This document shows positions 19,183 through 29,404 of a DNA stretch of 64,000 nt, piece by piece; position 1 is the first letter of the stretch, and every line of letters begins with the position of its first letter. The DNA is from Candidatus Nanopelagicales bacterium (lineage in GTDB: Bacteria; Actinomycetota; Actinomycetes; S36-B12; UBA5976). The DNA is taken from contig DAIRCR010000002.1 of assembly GCA_036796575.1 (NCBI GenBank), positions 21,020 through 85,019 on the forward strand, in the 5' to 3' direction. A model generated the notes under the pieces. It was not told the DNA's origin, made no database searches, and saw only the letters and a list, made by a program, of their open reading frames with translations. The position numbers and the translations under genes were made by a program.

Positions 19183-19935
19183 TCAAGCTTGTGTGGCTTC
19201 ACGATCCAAGGTGAAAGGATCACCCACGGACCAACCGTCTTCAAGCAAAGGACCTTGCGCCAGTCGAGTAACCCGAGGGGGAATCTCCTGGGCGAAGTCT
19301 GCAACTTTTTTCAGAGCTGCCAGAACATCGTCTGGTCGAACAGCTGGCACGCCATGCCGAACGACTACTTGAAGTATGGCACAGTCAGTCCCCATCTCCA
19401 CATTTGCCCGAATTAAAGCGGTTCTGGCGTCAAAGGTTCGGATTCCGGACTTGGTCATGCGATCTACCAAAACCTCAGATTCGGACATAAAGGCATCGAG
19501 TGCCCCCTGTAAAGTTTCTTGCGAGGTGCCGGGAAGTTCGATGCGCCAATGGCTAGCTTCAAGCCGGGCGACGAAATCTGGAGTTCGAGCCTCAACTACT
19601 GCCAAAACGTCCAGACCTGGAGGTAATACTTCGTCTAAGACCGCAAGTAACTTTTCTGGGTCAACTATCTGAACTACGCCAATTTCGACATACTCAGCTT
19701 CACTAGCAACACCAGTTGGGGCTGCGTTGGCATAGGAAATCTTTGGATGCGGCGAGAAGCCAGCGCTGTATGCCATTGGGACCCCAGCGCGTTTTAAGGC
19801 TCGTTCAAATGCACGCTGAAAATCTCGATGTGAAGTAAAGCGAAGGCGATCTCGCTTAGCGTGTTGAATTCTTAACTTTTGAACCGCGGGAATAATCTCG
19901 CGACCTGGATCGCGATCACGTGCCACTGTTTGCAA
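19183..19935 (-). CDS. radical-SAM-associated protein (DUF2344 / TIGR03936-like)
   Basis: LRFTSHRDFQRAFERALKRAGVPMAYSAGFSPHPKISY. It overlaps the upstream radical SAM gene by 20 nt. Confidence 0.75.
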   Translation of the reverse strand: MQTVARDRDPGREIIPAVQKLRIQHAKRDRLRFTSHRDFQRAFERALKRAGVPMAYSAGFSPHPKISYANAAPTGVASEAEYVEIGVVQIVDPEKLLAVLDEVLPPGLDVLAVVEARTPDFVARLEASHWRIELPGTSQETLQGALDAFMSESEVLVDRMTKSGIRTFDARTALIRANVEMGTDCAILQVVVRHGVPAVRPDDVLAALKKVADFAQEIPPRVTRLAQGPLLEDGWSVGDPFTLDREATQA

Positions 19936-21868
19936 CTACCCGAGATGGGATTACTGGCATTGGCAGCATTACGGCATTAGTTGGACCCACTTGAATCTCA
20001 GTACCCATGTGATCGCAAACGCCACAATCAAAACACGGCACCCAGCGACAGTCATCAACTTCAACTTCAGAAAGTGCATCTTGCCAATCGTCCCAAAGCC
20101 ATTCCTTGTCCAAACCTGAGTCCAAATGATCCCAAGCAAGAACTTCCGATAGCTCACGTTCTCGGATGGTGTACCAATTAACGTCTACTGCTTCATCAGC
20201 AAATGCAATTTCCGCAGCTGCCATCCACTTGTCATATGAGAAGTGTTCGCTCCAGCCATCGAATCGTTGGCCATCACGCCAAACTTGTTCAATAACTTTT
20301 CCAACACGACGATCACCACGCGATAGCAAGCCTTCAACTACGCCTGGCTTTCCATCGTGGTAACGCACGCCAATTGATTTACCAAATTCACGGTCTTGGC
20401 GAATTGCATCACGAAGTTTGTAAAGACGTGAGTCAGTTGTTTCATGATCTAGTTGTGCAGCCCACTGGAATGGTGTGTGTGGTTTTGGCACAAAGCCACC
20501 GATCGAAACTGTGCAGCGAATGTCCTTACGACCAGATGCTTCACGTCCTGCTTTGATAACTTCATGCGCAAGACGAGCAATCTGTAATACATCCTCATCT
20601 TCTTCAGTTGGCAAGCCACACATAAAGTACAACTTCACTTGGCGCCAGCCAGATGCATACGCAGCTGTTACGGTACGAATCAAATCTTCTTCGGTGACCA
20701 TCTTGTTAATGACTTTGCGAATTCGTTCGCTGCCGCCTTCAGGGGCAAACGTTAATCCACTACGACGACCATTACGCGAAAGTTCATTCGCAAGGTCAAT
20801 GTTGAAGGCATCTACTCGAGTGCTCGGAAGTGACAACGAAGTCTGGGTATCTTCATACCTGTCAGCCAGTCCTTTGGCGATCTCAGCAATTTCGGAGTGA
20901 TCCGCGCTGGATAAGGAAAGTAGGCCAATTTCTTCATAACCGGTCTTTTCCAAGCCATTTGCAACCATGTCGGCGATCGTTGTCATGGAACGCTCGCGTA
21001 CTGGACGAGTAATCATTCCGGCTTGGCAAAACCGGCAACCGCGCGTGCAGCCACGGAAAATCTCTACGCTCATGCGTTCGTGAACGCTTTCTGCGATTGG
21101 AACTAGCGGAGCCTTTGGGTATGGCCATTCATCTAGATCCATAACAGTGTGCTTTGCTACCCGCCATGGCACTCCTGGACGGTTAGGTGAAACGCGACGA
21201 ATCCGGCCATCTTCTAAATACTCGACATCGTAAAACGCAGGAACATACATCACGCCAGACTTAGCAAGGCGCATAAGCAGTTCATCGCGACCGCCAGGGC
21301 TACCTTCGTTCTTAAACTCCGCAATGATGTCGGTGATTGCAAGAACTGCTTGCTCACCATCGCCAAGAACAGCGCCGTCGATAAACATTGAGATTGCTTC
21401 TGGATTAAATGCTGCGTGTCCACCGGCAATTACAAGTGGATGCGTCTCATCGCGATCTACAGCATGTAATGGAACGCCAGCTAAATCGATGGCAGTAAGC
21501 ATGTTGGTGTAGCCAAGTTCAGTTGCGAATGAAACGCCTAGAGCATCGAAGGCACCAACGGGACGATGGGCATCAACGGTGAACTGAGGTACACCGTTTT
21601 CCCGCATTAGCTTTTCTAAGTCAGGCCATACTGCGTAGGTGCGTTCACATAATGTGTCAGCGCGCTCATTAAGTACTTCATACAAAATTTGAACACCTTG
21701 GTTGGGAATACCAACTTCGTAAGCATCGGGATACATCAGACACCAACGCACGATGGTGTCATCCCATGGCTTTACGACAGCGTTAAGTTCGCCACCAACG
21801 TATTGAACAGGTTTTTGCACCCGAGGCAATAACTGTTCCAGTGCCGGAAATACAGACTGGACCGTCAT
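19916..21868 (-). CDS. B12-binding-domain radical SAM protein (TIGR03960-like)
   Basis: It has the CxxxCxxC motif CTRGCRFCQAG. I chose ATG 21868, which lies 10 nt after the ndk stop with AAAGGG upstream, over the longer ORF reaching 21904. Confidence 0.8.
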   Translation of the reverse strand: MTVQSVFPALEQLLPRVQKPVQYVGGELNAVVKPWDDTIVRWCLMYPDAYEVGIPNQGVQILYEVLNERADTLCERTYAVWPDLEKLMRENGVPQFTVDAHRPVGAFDALGVSFATELGYTNMLTAIDLAGVPLHAVDRDETHPLVIAGGHAAFNPEAISMFIDGAVLGDGEQAVLAITDIIAEFKNEGSPGGRDELLMRLAKSGVMYVPAFYDVEYLEDGRIRRVSPNRPGVPWRVAKHTVMDLDEWPYPKAPLVPIAESVHERMSVEIFRGCTRGCRFCQAGMITRPVRERSMTTIADMVANGLEKTGYEEIGLLSLSSADHSEIAEIAKGLADRYEDTQTSLSLPSTRVDAFNIDLANELSRNGRRSGLTFAPEGGSERIRKVINKMVTEEDLIRTVTAAYASGWRQVKLYFMCGLPTEEDEDVLQIARLAHEVIKAGREASGRKDIRCTVSIGGFVPKPHTPFQWAAQLDHETTDSRLYKLRDAIRQDREFGKSIGVRYHDGKPGVVEGLLSRGDRRVGKVIEQVWRDGQRFDGWSEHFSYDKWMAAAEIAFADEAVDVNWYTIRERELSEVLAWDHLDSGLDKEWLWDDWQDALSEVEVDDCRWVPCFDCGVCDHMGTEIQVGPTNAVMLPMPVIPSRVVANSGT

Positions 21869-21878
21869 TTCTAACCCT

Positions 21879-22286
21879 TTACAGTTTTGGGAAAAATAGT
21901 GCAATCTCGCGCGCAGCAGATTCTGGTGAATCTGATCCGTGCGAAACGTTTAGTTGTGTTTCAGTTGCAAGGTCGCCACGGATAGTTCCCATTGCGGCGT
22001 TAACTGGATTCGTTGCGCCCATCATGGTGCGCCAAGCTGCAATTGCTTCGTTACCTTCAATTACGGCTGCAACCAGTGGTCCACCGCTAATGAAATCAAC
22101 TAAGTCCTTGAAGAAAGGCTTATCGACATGCTCGGCATAGTGAGTTTCGGCGATGGAGCGCTCTAGAGTGCGCATTTCCAAGGCAACGATTTTGAAACCT
22201 TTGCGTTCGATACGGGAAATTACTTCGCCAATTAGACCGCGTTCGACGCCATCTGGCTTTACAAGGACAAGGGTACGTTCAGACAT
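21879..22286 (-). CDS. ndk: nucleoside diphosphate kinase
   Basis: [14 protein letters not shown]...; active-site His in NVSHGSDS. I chose ATG 22286. Confidence 0.95.
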   Translation of the reverse strand: MSERTLVLVKPDGVERGLIGEVISRIERKGFKIVALEMRTLERSIAETHYAEHVDKPFFKDLVDFISGGPLVAAVIEGNEAIAAWRTMMGATNPVNAAMGTIRGDLATETQLNVSHGSDSPESAAREIALFFPKL

Positions 22287-22296
22287 GTTCTTAATC

Positions 22297-22632
22297 TTAA
22301 AGGTTTTCTCGGGCGGCCTTTGCCTCGTCAACTTTGTTATTCATCACATAGGCCAATCCCCAAATTAATAGGAACAAAATGCCTGGGAAAAGCAGCGGTC
22401 GAACGAATATTCCAACCGCAATAATGACAGCCTGCACGGCTAATCCAGTTGTGATTGCAGCCCTTTTATCGTGCCGGACGCCACCAACGGCAAGTATGCA
22501 CAGAACCATCAATAGGAATGTGCTCCAAATAGCTAAGGCGGTATCAACGTTGTAAACAACGACAGACACTGGAATTGATAGGCCTAAAACAATCGCTTCG
22601 AATACCAAAATCGCGCTTCCCATTACCTTCAT
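22297..22632 (-). CDS. DUF4233-like small membrane protein
   Basis: 111 aa with 3-4 hydrophobic helices. It occupies the conserved actinobacterial slot between folC and ndk. Confidence 0.65.
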   Translation of the reverse strand: MKVMGSAILVFEAIVLGLSIPVSVVVYNVDTALAIWSTFLLMVLCILAVGGVRHDKRAAITTGLAVQAVIIAVGIFVRPLLFPGILFLLIWGLAYVMNNKVDEAKAARENL

Positions 22633-22639
22633 ATGATTT

Positions 22640-23998
22640 TCATCTCTCCTGGGTATTGGTCTTACCCATAATTGTTCGTGCTGAAGCAGCTGTAACTACC
22701 GAACCAGTCACCACTACTCCGACGCCATTCATGCCTGCGTCATCGGCCATTTCAATTGCGCGATCTATCGCACTGGTCAAATTCGCTTCGACGTGTACTC
22801 GATCGTCTCCAAAGACTTGAGTTGCAAGTTCGGCAATCTCAGGTGCCAACATAGCTCGCTGCGCACCGTTCCAAGTAACAACTACGTCAGTCATAACAGG
22901 CTCAAGTGCTTGCAATACTCCGATGACATCTTTATCTGCCATTACCGAAATCACGCCAATAACCTGGTCAAAAGCAAACGACTCTTCTAGTGCTGTCGCT
23001 AATACAGCAGCGCCGTGTGGATTGTGCGCTGCATCAACGATCACAGTTGGACTTCGACGAACTACTTCTAAGCGCCCTGGTGAAGTAACGGAACCGAATC
23101 CTTCTCGAACTGCATCGATGTCTAAGGTTAGAGTTCCACCAAAGAATGCCTCGACCGCAGCTAATGCCACTGATGCGTTTGCAGCTTGATGAGCTCCAAA
23201 CAGTGGCAAGAGAATTTCATCGTAGGAACCATTGAGTCCATCAAGATTCAAAACTTGTCCGCCGATTGCTAATGCGCGATCACGCACTGAAAACTCAACG
23301 CCTTGTCTAGCCACCATGGCATCGACTGTGGCAGCGCGGGCTAACAAAATTTCTGCAGGTCCAGAATCTTGATACGAAAGAACAGCAATTGAGTCCGGCT
23401 TGATGATTCCAGATTTTTCAATCGCGATTTTTTCAACAGTGTCACCTAGATAGTCAGCATGATCCATGCCAATTGGTGTAACAACACTCACCTGTGGCGC
23501 GACAACATTTGTGGCGTCCCAAGCTCCGCCCATTCCAACTTCAACTACTGCAACATCAACAGGTGCATCTGCAAAAGCTGCGAATGCCATCCCAGTCAAG
23601 ACTTCAAAATACGACATGGCAGGTCCGCCGCTTACCAAACTTTCGTTATCGACGATTGCTAGGTATGGCTCAAGTTCGTCATAAATCTCCACAAACTTTC
23701 CATCTGGAATCGGTTCACCATTTAATCGAATTCGCTCAGTTACTTGATGTAAGTGTGGGCTCGTAACTAGGCCGGTGCGCAGTCCCATCGAGCGCAGCAA
23801 TGACTCGATCATGCGAGCCGTGGAAGTCTTGCCATTTGTTCCAGTTATGTGGATTACTGGATAGGCGAACTGTGGGTCACCCAAAAGGGTCATCAAGTGG
23901 CTAATTCGATCCAAACTTGGTTCGATTTTGGTTTCTGGCCAACGAGATTCCAAGACCTCTTCCACGCGCGCGAGTTCTTGGATTTCGGGCAAAGTCAT
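22640..23998 (-). CDS. folC: bifunctional folylpolyglutamate synthase / dihydrofolate synthase
   Basis: It has the Mur-ligase P-loop ITGTNGKTST. 452 aa. Confidence 0.9.
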   Translation of the reverse strand: MTLPEIQELARVEEVLESRWPETKIEPSLDRISHLMTLLGDPQFAYPVIHITGTNGKTSTARMIESLLRSMGLRTGLVTSPHLHQVTERIRLNGEPIPDGKFVEIYDELEPYLAIVDNESLVSGGPAMSYFEVLTGMAFAAFADAPVDVAVVEVGMGGAWDATNVVAPQVSVVTPIGMDHADYLGDTVEKIAIEKSGIIKPDSIAVLSYQDSGPAEILLARAATVDAMVARQGVEFSVRDRALAIGGQVLNLDGLNGSYDEILLPLFGAHQAANASVALAAVEAFFGGTLTLDIDAVREGFGSVTSPGRLEVVRRSPTVIVDAAHNPHGAAVLATALEESFAFDQVIGVISVMADKDVIGVLQALEPVMTDVVVTWNGAQRAMLAPEIAELATQVFGDDRVHVEANLTSAIDRAIEMADDAGMNGVGVVVTGSVVTAASARTIMGKTNTQER

Positions 23999-24040
23999 GG
24001 GTTCATTCTAATTGTCTTTAATTGTCTAGGATTAGGGATC

Positions 24041-26593
24041 ATGAGCGCGCAACGAATGCCTGAAAAGCCAACACTTGATGGTTTGGAATCCAAGTGGATG
24101 CAAACCTGGGATCAAGCTGGAACCTATTCATTTGATCGCAGCGCTACCCGCGAAAATGTCTTCAGTATCGATACGCCTCCACCAACTGTCAGTGGTTCCC
24201 TGCATGTAGGTCACGTTTTTTCTTACACTCACATTGACTGTGTTGCGCGCTATCAAAGAATGAATGGCAAGTCTGTCTTTTACCCAATGGGTTGGGATGA
24301 CAATGGATTGCCAACTGAGCGACGAGTACAAAACTACTTTGGGGTTCGCTGCGATCCATCACTTCCTTACGACGCAAACTTCCAGCCACCTGCTGAGCCG
24401 GGCAAAGACCAGATCGCAATCTCGCGTCGCAACTTTGTTGAACTTTGTGAACAGTTAACTGTTGAAGATGAAAAAGCTTTCGAAGAACTATGGCGTCGGC
24501 TTGGTACCAGCGTTGACTGGAAATTGACTTACCAAACGATTGATTCCAGAGCTCGCGCAGTTTCCCAGCGCATGTTCCTTAACAATCTTTCCCGCGGCGA
24601 GGCTTACCAAAGTGAAGCTCCGACACTTTGGGATGTAACGTTCCGCACTGCAGTTGCCCAAGCTGAATTAGAAGACCGCGAACGCCCAGGCGCATACCAT
24701 CGCATCTCGTTCCATAAACCTGATGGCAATCCACTATTCATTGAGACAACTCGACCTGAACTAATTCCTGCCTGCGTTGCTTTAGTTGCCCATCCAGATG
24801 ATGAGCGTTACCAACCACTGTTTGGGACCACAGTTACATCGCCGATCTTTGGTGTTGAAGTTCCAGTTCTCGCACACACTCTTGCTGATCCTGAAAAGGG
24901 CTCCGGCATTGCAATGATTTGTACGTTTGGTGACACTACCGACGTAACATGGTGGCGCGAACTGCAATTAGCAACTCGGCCAATCATTGGCTGGGATGGT
25001 CGCATCATTACTGAAGTCCCAGAATGGATTAAGTCAGAGCTAGGCAAGAACGCCTACGCAGCACTTGCTGGTCTAACTGCACATTCAGCAAAAGAGAAGA
25101 TTGCAGAACTACTTCGGGAATCTGGCGACCTCGAGGGTGAGATTCGTCAGATTGTTCACCCAGTTAAGTTCTTTGAAAAGGGCGACAAGCCACTTGAAAT
25201 CGTTACTACCCGCCAGTGGTACATCCGTAACGGTGGCCGCGATGCAGATCTGCGCGCCGAATTAGTTACCAGCGGACAGCAAATCACTTGGCATCCAGAT
25301 CACATGAAAGTTCGTTACCAGAATTGGGTTGAAGGCCTTAATGGTGATTGGTTAATTTCTCGCCAGCGCTTCTTTGGCGTTCCAGTTCCGGTTTGGTACG
25401 GCCTTGATGCTGATGGCAACCCAATGTGGGACAAGGTTCTCGTTCCAGATACTGCGCTACTTCCAGTTGATCCTTCGTCGGATGCACCAGCTGGTTACAC
25501 CGAGGACCAACGCGGAGTTCCAAACGGATTTATGGGTGACCCAGATGTCATGGACACTTGGGCAACCTCATCACTAACTCCACACATTGCAGGTGGCTGG
25601 GGATTTGATGAAGATCTTTGGAGCCGAGTTTGGCCATTTGATGTTCGCCCGCAAGCACACGAGATTATTCGCACTTGGCTATTCGGAAGTGTGGTCCGCG
25701 CTCACTTAGAAGAAAAAGTTCTGCCTTGGAAGCATGCTTTGATCTCTGGTTGGATTCTGGATCCAGATCGCAAGAAGATGTCTAAGTCCAAGGGCAATGT
25801 CGTGACTCCCCTAGATCTATTGGATGAACATGGCAGCGATGGCGTACGTTACTGGGCTGCCAGCGGTCGCCCTGGCACAGATACGGCTTTTGATGTTGGC
25901 CAGATGAAGATTGGTCGTCGCCTAGCAACAAAGATTCTTAATGCCAGCAAGTTTGTTTTACTTCAAGGCAGCGCACCAGCCGAAGCAGTAACTGAACCTC
26001 TGGATAAAGCATTGCTTGCTGCATTGGCTGATGTGGTTGATGAAGCCACCAAGGCATTTGAAGCGTTTAACTACACCAAGGCAATGGAAACGGCTGAGAA
26101 GTTCTTCTGGGAATTCACCGATGATCATCTTGAGTTAGTTAAAGATCGCTCCTACGGTCTTGCTGGTGAGCCTGGCGCAGCTTCAGCGCGAGCTGCCTTA
26201 ACAATCACATTAGAAACTTTGATCAAGCTATTTGCACCATTCTTGCCATTCGTAACTGAAGAAGTTTGGTCTTGGACGCATGATGAATCAGTTCACACTT
26301 CAATCTGGCCAACATCAGAATCATTGCGGGCATTCAACGGTGATGCATCGCTACTGGCTGTTTCGGCAGAAATCTTGTCACAACTGCGCAAGTCAAAGAG
26401 TGAAGCCAAAGTTTCCATGAAGGCTGAAATAACTAAGGCCTTAATCAAGGCATCAGCCGACGACATTGCGAAGGCAAAGTTAGTTGCCGGCGATTTGGCT
26501 GCAGCTGGTCGAGTTCAAAAAGACTTTGTATATGCAGAAAGCGCGAGCCCAATCTCACTTGAGATCGAACTCGCGCCAACTAGCGAAAGTTAA
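24041..26593 (+). CDS. valS: valine--tRNA ligase
   Basis: It has the class I motifs LHVGH and KMSKS. I chose ATG 24041 because the upstream part of the ORF overlaps folC on the opposite strand. Confidence 0.95.
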   Translation: MSAQRMPEKPTLDGLESKWMQTWDQAGTYSFDRSATRENVFSIDTPPPTVSGSLHVGHVFSYTHIDCVARYQRMNGKSVFYPMGWDDNGLPTERRVQNYFGVRCDPSLPYDANFQPPAEPGKDQIAISRRNFVELCEQLTVEDEKAFEELWRRLGTSVDWKLTYQTIDSRARAVSQRMFLNNLSRGEAYQSEAPTLWDVTFRTAVAQAELEDRERPGAYHRISFHKPDGNPLFIETTRPELIPACVALVAHPDDERYQPLFGTTVTSPIFGVEVPVLAHTLADPEKGSGIAMICTFGDTTDVTWWRELQLATRPIIGWDGRIITEVPEWIKSELGKNAYAALAGLTAHSAKEKIAELLRESGDLEGEIRQIVHPVKFFEKGDKPLEIVTTRQWYIRNGGRDADLRAELVTSGQQITWHPDHMKVRYQNWVEGLNGDWLISRQRFFGVPVPVWYGLDADGNPMWDKVLVPDTALLPVDPSSDAPAGYTEDQRGVPNGFMGDPDVMDTWATSSLTPHIAGGWGFDEDLWSRVWPFDVRPQAHEIIRTWLFGSVVRAHLEEKVLPWKHALISGWILDPDRKKMSKSKGNVVTPLDLLDEHGSDGVRYWAASGRPGTDTAFDVGQMKIGRRLATKILNASKFVLLQGSAPAEAVTEPLDKALLAALADVVDEATKAFEAFNYTKAMETAEKFFWEFTDDHLELVKDRSYGLAGEPGAASARAALTITLETLIKLFAPFLPFVTEEVWSWTHDESVHTSIWPTSESLRAFNGDASLLAVSAEILSQLRKSKSEAKVSMKAEITKALIKASADDIAKAKLVAGDLAAAGRVQKDFVYAESASPISLEIELAPTSES

Positions 26594-26597
26594 TTCA

Positions 26598-27878
26598 TTA
26601 AGCGGTTTTTTCCTTTGGAATTCGCTTTGCAGTCGGTACTTCACGCGGAACCAGTGTTGGATTAACGTGCTTGCCAACAACTTCCTTGTTGATTACTACG
26701 CGAGCAATGTCCTCTCGGCTAGGTACGTCATACATAACCGATAGCAAAACTTCTTCCATGATTGCGCGAAGTCCACGAGCACCAGTGCCACGAAGAATTG
26801 CCTGCTCGGCAACTGCTTCAAGTGCATCTGGGGTGAACTCAAGCTCTACGCCATCAAGATCAAATAGCTTCTGGTACTGACGCACAAGCGCATTCTTTGG
26901 CTCAGTCAATACTGCTACTAAAGCTTCTTTATCAAGCTGGGCAACTGAAGTAAAGACTGGAAGACGGCCGATGAATTCTGGAATCATTCCAAACTTCAAC
27001 ATATCTTCTGGCATTACCTGCGAGAAAATGTCTTGTTCGTTTACTTCTTCTTGCTCAATGTTTGCAGTGAAGCCAAGTGCTTTCTTGCCCACGCGCTGGC
27101 GAATGATCTGATCTAGGCCAGCAAATGCACCACCAACAATAAACAAAACGTTGCTGGTATCAATTTGAATAAATTCTTGATGCGGATGCTTACGTCCACC
27201 TTGTGGCGGAACTGAAGCGGTAGTGCCTTCAAGAATCTTTAGCAGTGCTTGCTGTACGCCTTCACCGGATACATCACGAGTAATCGATGGGTTCTCACTC
27301 TTACGTGCAACCTTGTCGATTTCATCGATGTAGATGATTCCAGTTTCAGCCTTCTTGACGTCATAGTCAGCAGCCTGGATTAACTTAAGCAAAATGTTTT
27401 CTACGTCTTCACCGACGTACCCAGCTTCAGTTAATGCAGTGGCATCTGCAATTGCAAATGGCACATTAAGCATGCGGGCCAGCGTTTGGGCAAGAAGGGT
27501 CTTACCAGATCCAGTTGGACCTAACAAAAGAATGTTTGACTTAGCTAATTCAACGCCTTCTTCGCGAGAAGATTCATTCGCGCCAGCCTGAACTCGCTTG
27601 TAGTGGTTATAGACCGCTACGGAAAGTGACTTCTTTGCTACTTCTTGGCCAATTACATACTGGTCAAGGAAGGCATAGATCTCGCGAGGCTTTGGAAGTT
27701 CATCCCAGCCCAGGTTTACTGATTCGCCTAATTCTTCTTCGATGATTTCATTGCATAAGTCAATGCATTCGTCACAGATGTATACGGCAGGGCCAGCAAT
27801 CAATTTCTTGACTTGCTTTTGGCTCTTGCCACAGAACGAACACTTCAACAGGTCGCCACCTTCGCCGATACGAGCCAT
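26598..27878 (-). CDS. clpX: ATP-dependent Clp protease ATP-binding subunit ClpX
   Basis: It has the zinc finger [12 protein letters not shown], Walker A GPTGSGKT and GARGLR. ATG 27878 has GGAGG 8 nt upstream. Confidence 0.97.
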   Translation of the reverse strand: MARIGEGGDLLKCSFCGKSQKQVKKLIAGPAVYICDECIDLCNEIIEEELGESVNLGWDELPKPREIYAFLDQYVIGQEVAKKSLSVAVYNHYKRVQAGANESSREEGVELAKSNILLLGPTGSGKTLLAQTLARMLNVPFAIADATALTEAGYVGEDVENILLKLIQAADYDVKKAETGIIYIDEIDKVARKSENPSITRDVSGEGVQQALLKILEGTTASVPPQGGRKHPHQEFIQIDTSNVLFIVGGAFAGLDQIIRQRVGKKALGFTANIEQEEVNEQDIFSQVMPEDMLKFGMIPEFIGRLPVFTSVAQLDKEALVAVLTEPKNALVRQYQKLFDLDGVELEFTPDALEAVAEQAILRGTGARGLRAIMEEVLLSVMYDVPSREDIARVVINKEVVGKHVNPTLVPREVPTAKRIPKEKTA

Positions 27879-27982
27879 AGTGGTCACCTCCCGGGGGAAT
27901 AAGTGTGGACAGATACTTCGAGCGTCTTTCTAAAGTACCTTGAAACAAGCCATTTCTCTTGGCGTACACGCCAGCAGAAAGG

Positions 27983-28600
27983 CTATTTGTTCAGTGGAAC
28001 GCGGCTAGTTAGCACCTGATCGATGATTCCGTATTCTTTGGCCTGAGGCGCAGTAAGGATCTTGTCTCGATCCATGTCGACACGGATTTCCTCAACCGAG
28101 CGTCCAGTGTGATGAGAGAAGATGCCTTCCATTTCATCACGCATGCGCAAGATCTCATTAGCTTGGATTTCAATGTCAGAACCCTGGCCGCCACCTTCGG
28201 TGTAAGGCTGGTGAATCAAGATACGAGCGTGAGGTAACGCAAAACGCTTACCTGGAGTTCCAGCAGCCAAAATTACGGAGGCAGCAGATGCAGCCTGTCC
28301 AAGGCATACGGTCTGCACGTTGCACTTAACAAACTGCATAGTGTCGTAAATTGCAGTCATCGCAGTGTAAGAACCACCCGGTGAGTTGATGTACATCTGG
28401 ATGTCGCGCTCTGGATCAAGTGACTCGAGCACAAGTAACTGCGCCATAACGTCATCTGCCGAAGCATCGTCAATCTGGACACCCAAGAAAACAATGCGCT
28501 CTTCAAAAAGCTTTGCGTATGGGTTGTACTCGCGAACACCTTGTGGAGTGCGCTCGATGTAGCTCGGGAGAATGTAACGCGATTGAGGTGAATAATCCAT
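27983..28600 (-). CDS. clpP2: ATP-dependent Clp protease proteolytic subunit (second paralogue)
   Basis: It has the catalytic context GQAASAAS and LIHQP. It is second in the tig-clpP1-clpP2-clpX order. Confidence 0.93.
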   Translation of the reverse strand: MDYSPQSRYILPSYIERTPQGVREYNPYAKLFEERIVFLGVQIDDASADDVMAQLLVLESLDPERDIQMYINSPGGSYTAMTAIYDTMQFVKCNVQTVCLGQAASAASVILAAGTPGKRFALPHARILIHQPYTEGGGQGSDIEIQANEILRMRDEMEGIFSHHTGRSVEEIRVDMDRDKILTAPQAKEYGIIDQVLTSRVPLNK

Positions 28601-28612
28601 GTGAGTCTCCCC

Positions 28613-29248
28613 TTATGCCGTTCCGCCTTCGCCAGCCACGTCGCGCGCACTGCGCACTACGTGATCGACGAAGCCATAGTCTTTTGCTTCTTCTGCTGTG
28701 AACCAACGGTCGCGATCTGAATCTTCAGTAACCGTTTCCACTGATTGGCCAGTGTGCTCAGCAATTAGCTCAGCCATTTTTGCCTTCGTAAATTTCATTT
28801 GCTCTGCTTGGATCTTGATGTCAGCAGCGGTACCACCAATGCCACCGGAAGGCTGATGCATCATGATGCGAGCGTGTGGAAGTGAGTAACGCTTGCCAGG
28901 AGCTCCTGCGCAAAGCAAGAACTGTCCCATAGATGCAGCAAGGCCCATTGCAACTGTTGCGATGTCGTTCTTAACGAACTGCATGGTGTCGTAGATCGCC
29001 ATACCAGCGCTGATTGAGCCACCTGGAGAGTTGATGTAAAGGAATATGTCCTTTTCAGGATCGTCAGCGGCTAGCAAAAGAATCTGGGCACAGATTGCAT
29101 TTGCCATTTCATCTGCAACTTGGGTTCCCATAAAAATGATGCGGTCCTGCAGAAGGCGCTGGTAAACCGAATCGCCAAATTGCTGACCTGATGGGGACGG
29201 GGTGCGTGCTTCCGGAAGTGTTAATCCCGGTACCTCGATGCCGCTCAC
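28613..29248 (-). CDS. clpP1: ATP-dependent Clp protease proteolytic subunit (first paralogue)
   Basis: GTG start with AGGAG upstream. Motifs GLAASMG and IMMHQP. Confidence 0.93.
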   Translation of the reverse strand: MSGIEVPGLTLPEARTPSPSGQQFGDSVYQRLLQDRIIFMGTQVADEMANAICAQILLLAADDPEKDIFLYINSPGGSISAGMAIYDTMQFVKNDIATVAMGLAASMGQFLLCAGAPGKRYSLPHARIMMHQPSGGIGGTAADIKIQAEQMKFTKAKMAELIAEHTGQSVETVTEDSDRDRWFTAEEAKDYGFVDHVVRSARDVAGEGGTA

Positions 29249-29261
29249 AAATACTCCTAAA

Positions 29262-29281
29262 TGTTTAGTAACAACTAAACA
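29262..29281. promoter_or_regulatory. perfect 8-4-8 palindrome TGTTTAGT-AACA-ACTAAACA just upstream of the clpP1 RBS
   Basis: Read directly. It lies 14 nt upstream of the clpP1 GTG start, on the leader or operator region. Confidence 0.35.
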
Positions 29282-29404
29282 CTAAGGGGTGGGGGTGACA
29301 TTGGCAGGGGCGACATGGGCATGTTCGCTCCTAGCGTTGGAGATCCTTAGATCTCCCCCAGTTCTATTCGTCGGCCTCGCGGTGTTTACTCGCTTTGAGA
29401 CTGA

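Noticed and set aside
23849-24040. N-terminal extension of valS (and analogous extensions of pepN, ndk, clpX, nadD, fdsA, ettA)
   Set aside because: The extensions overlap neighbouring genes or lack homology. Internal starts reproduce canonical N-termini and have better RBS spacing.
29285-29318. G-quadruplex (GGGG-T-GGGGG-...-GGGG-...-GGG) upstream of clpP1
   Set aside because: One loop would be 11 nt and the last run has only 3 G residues. The motif is weak and I have no supporting context.
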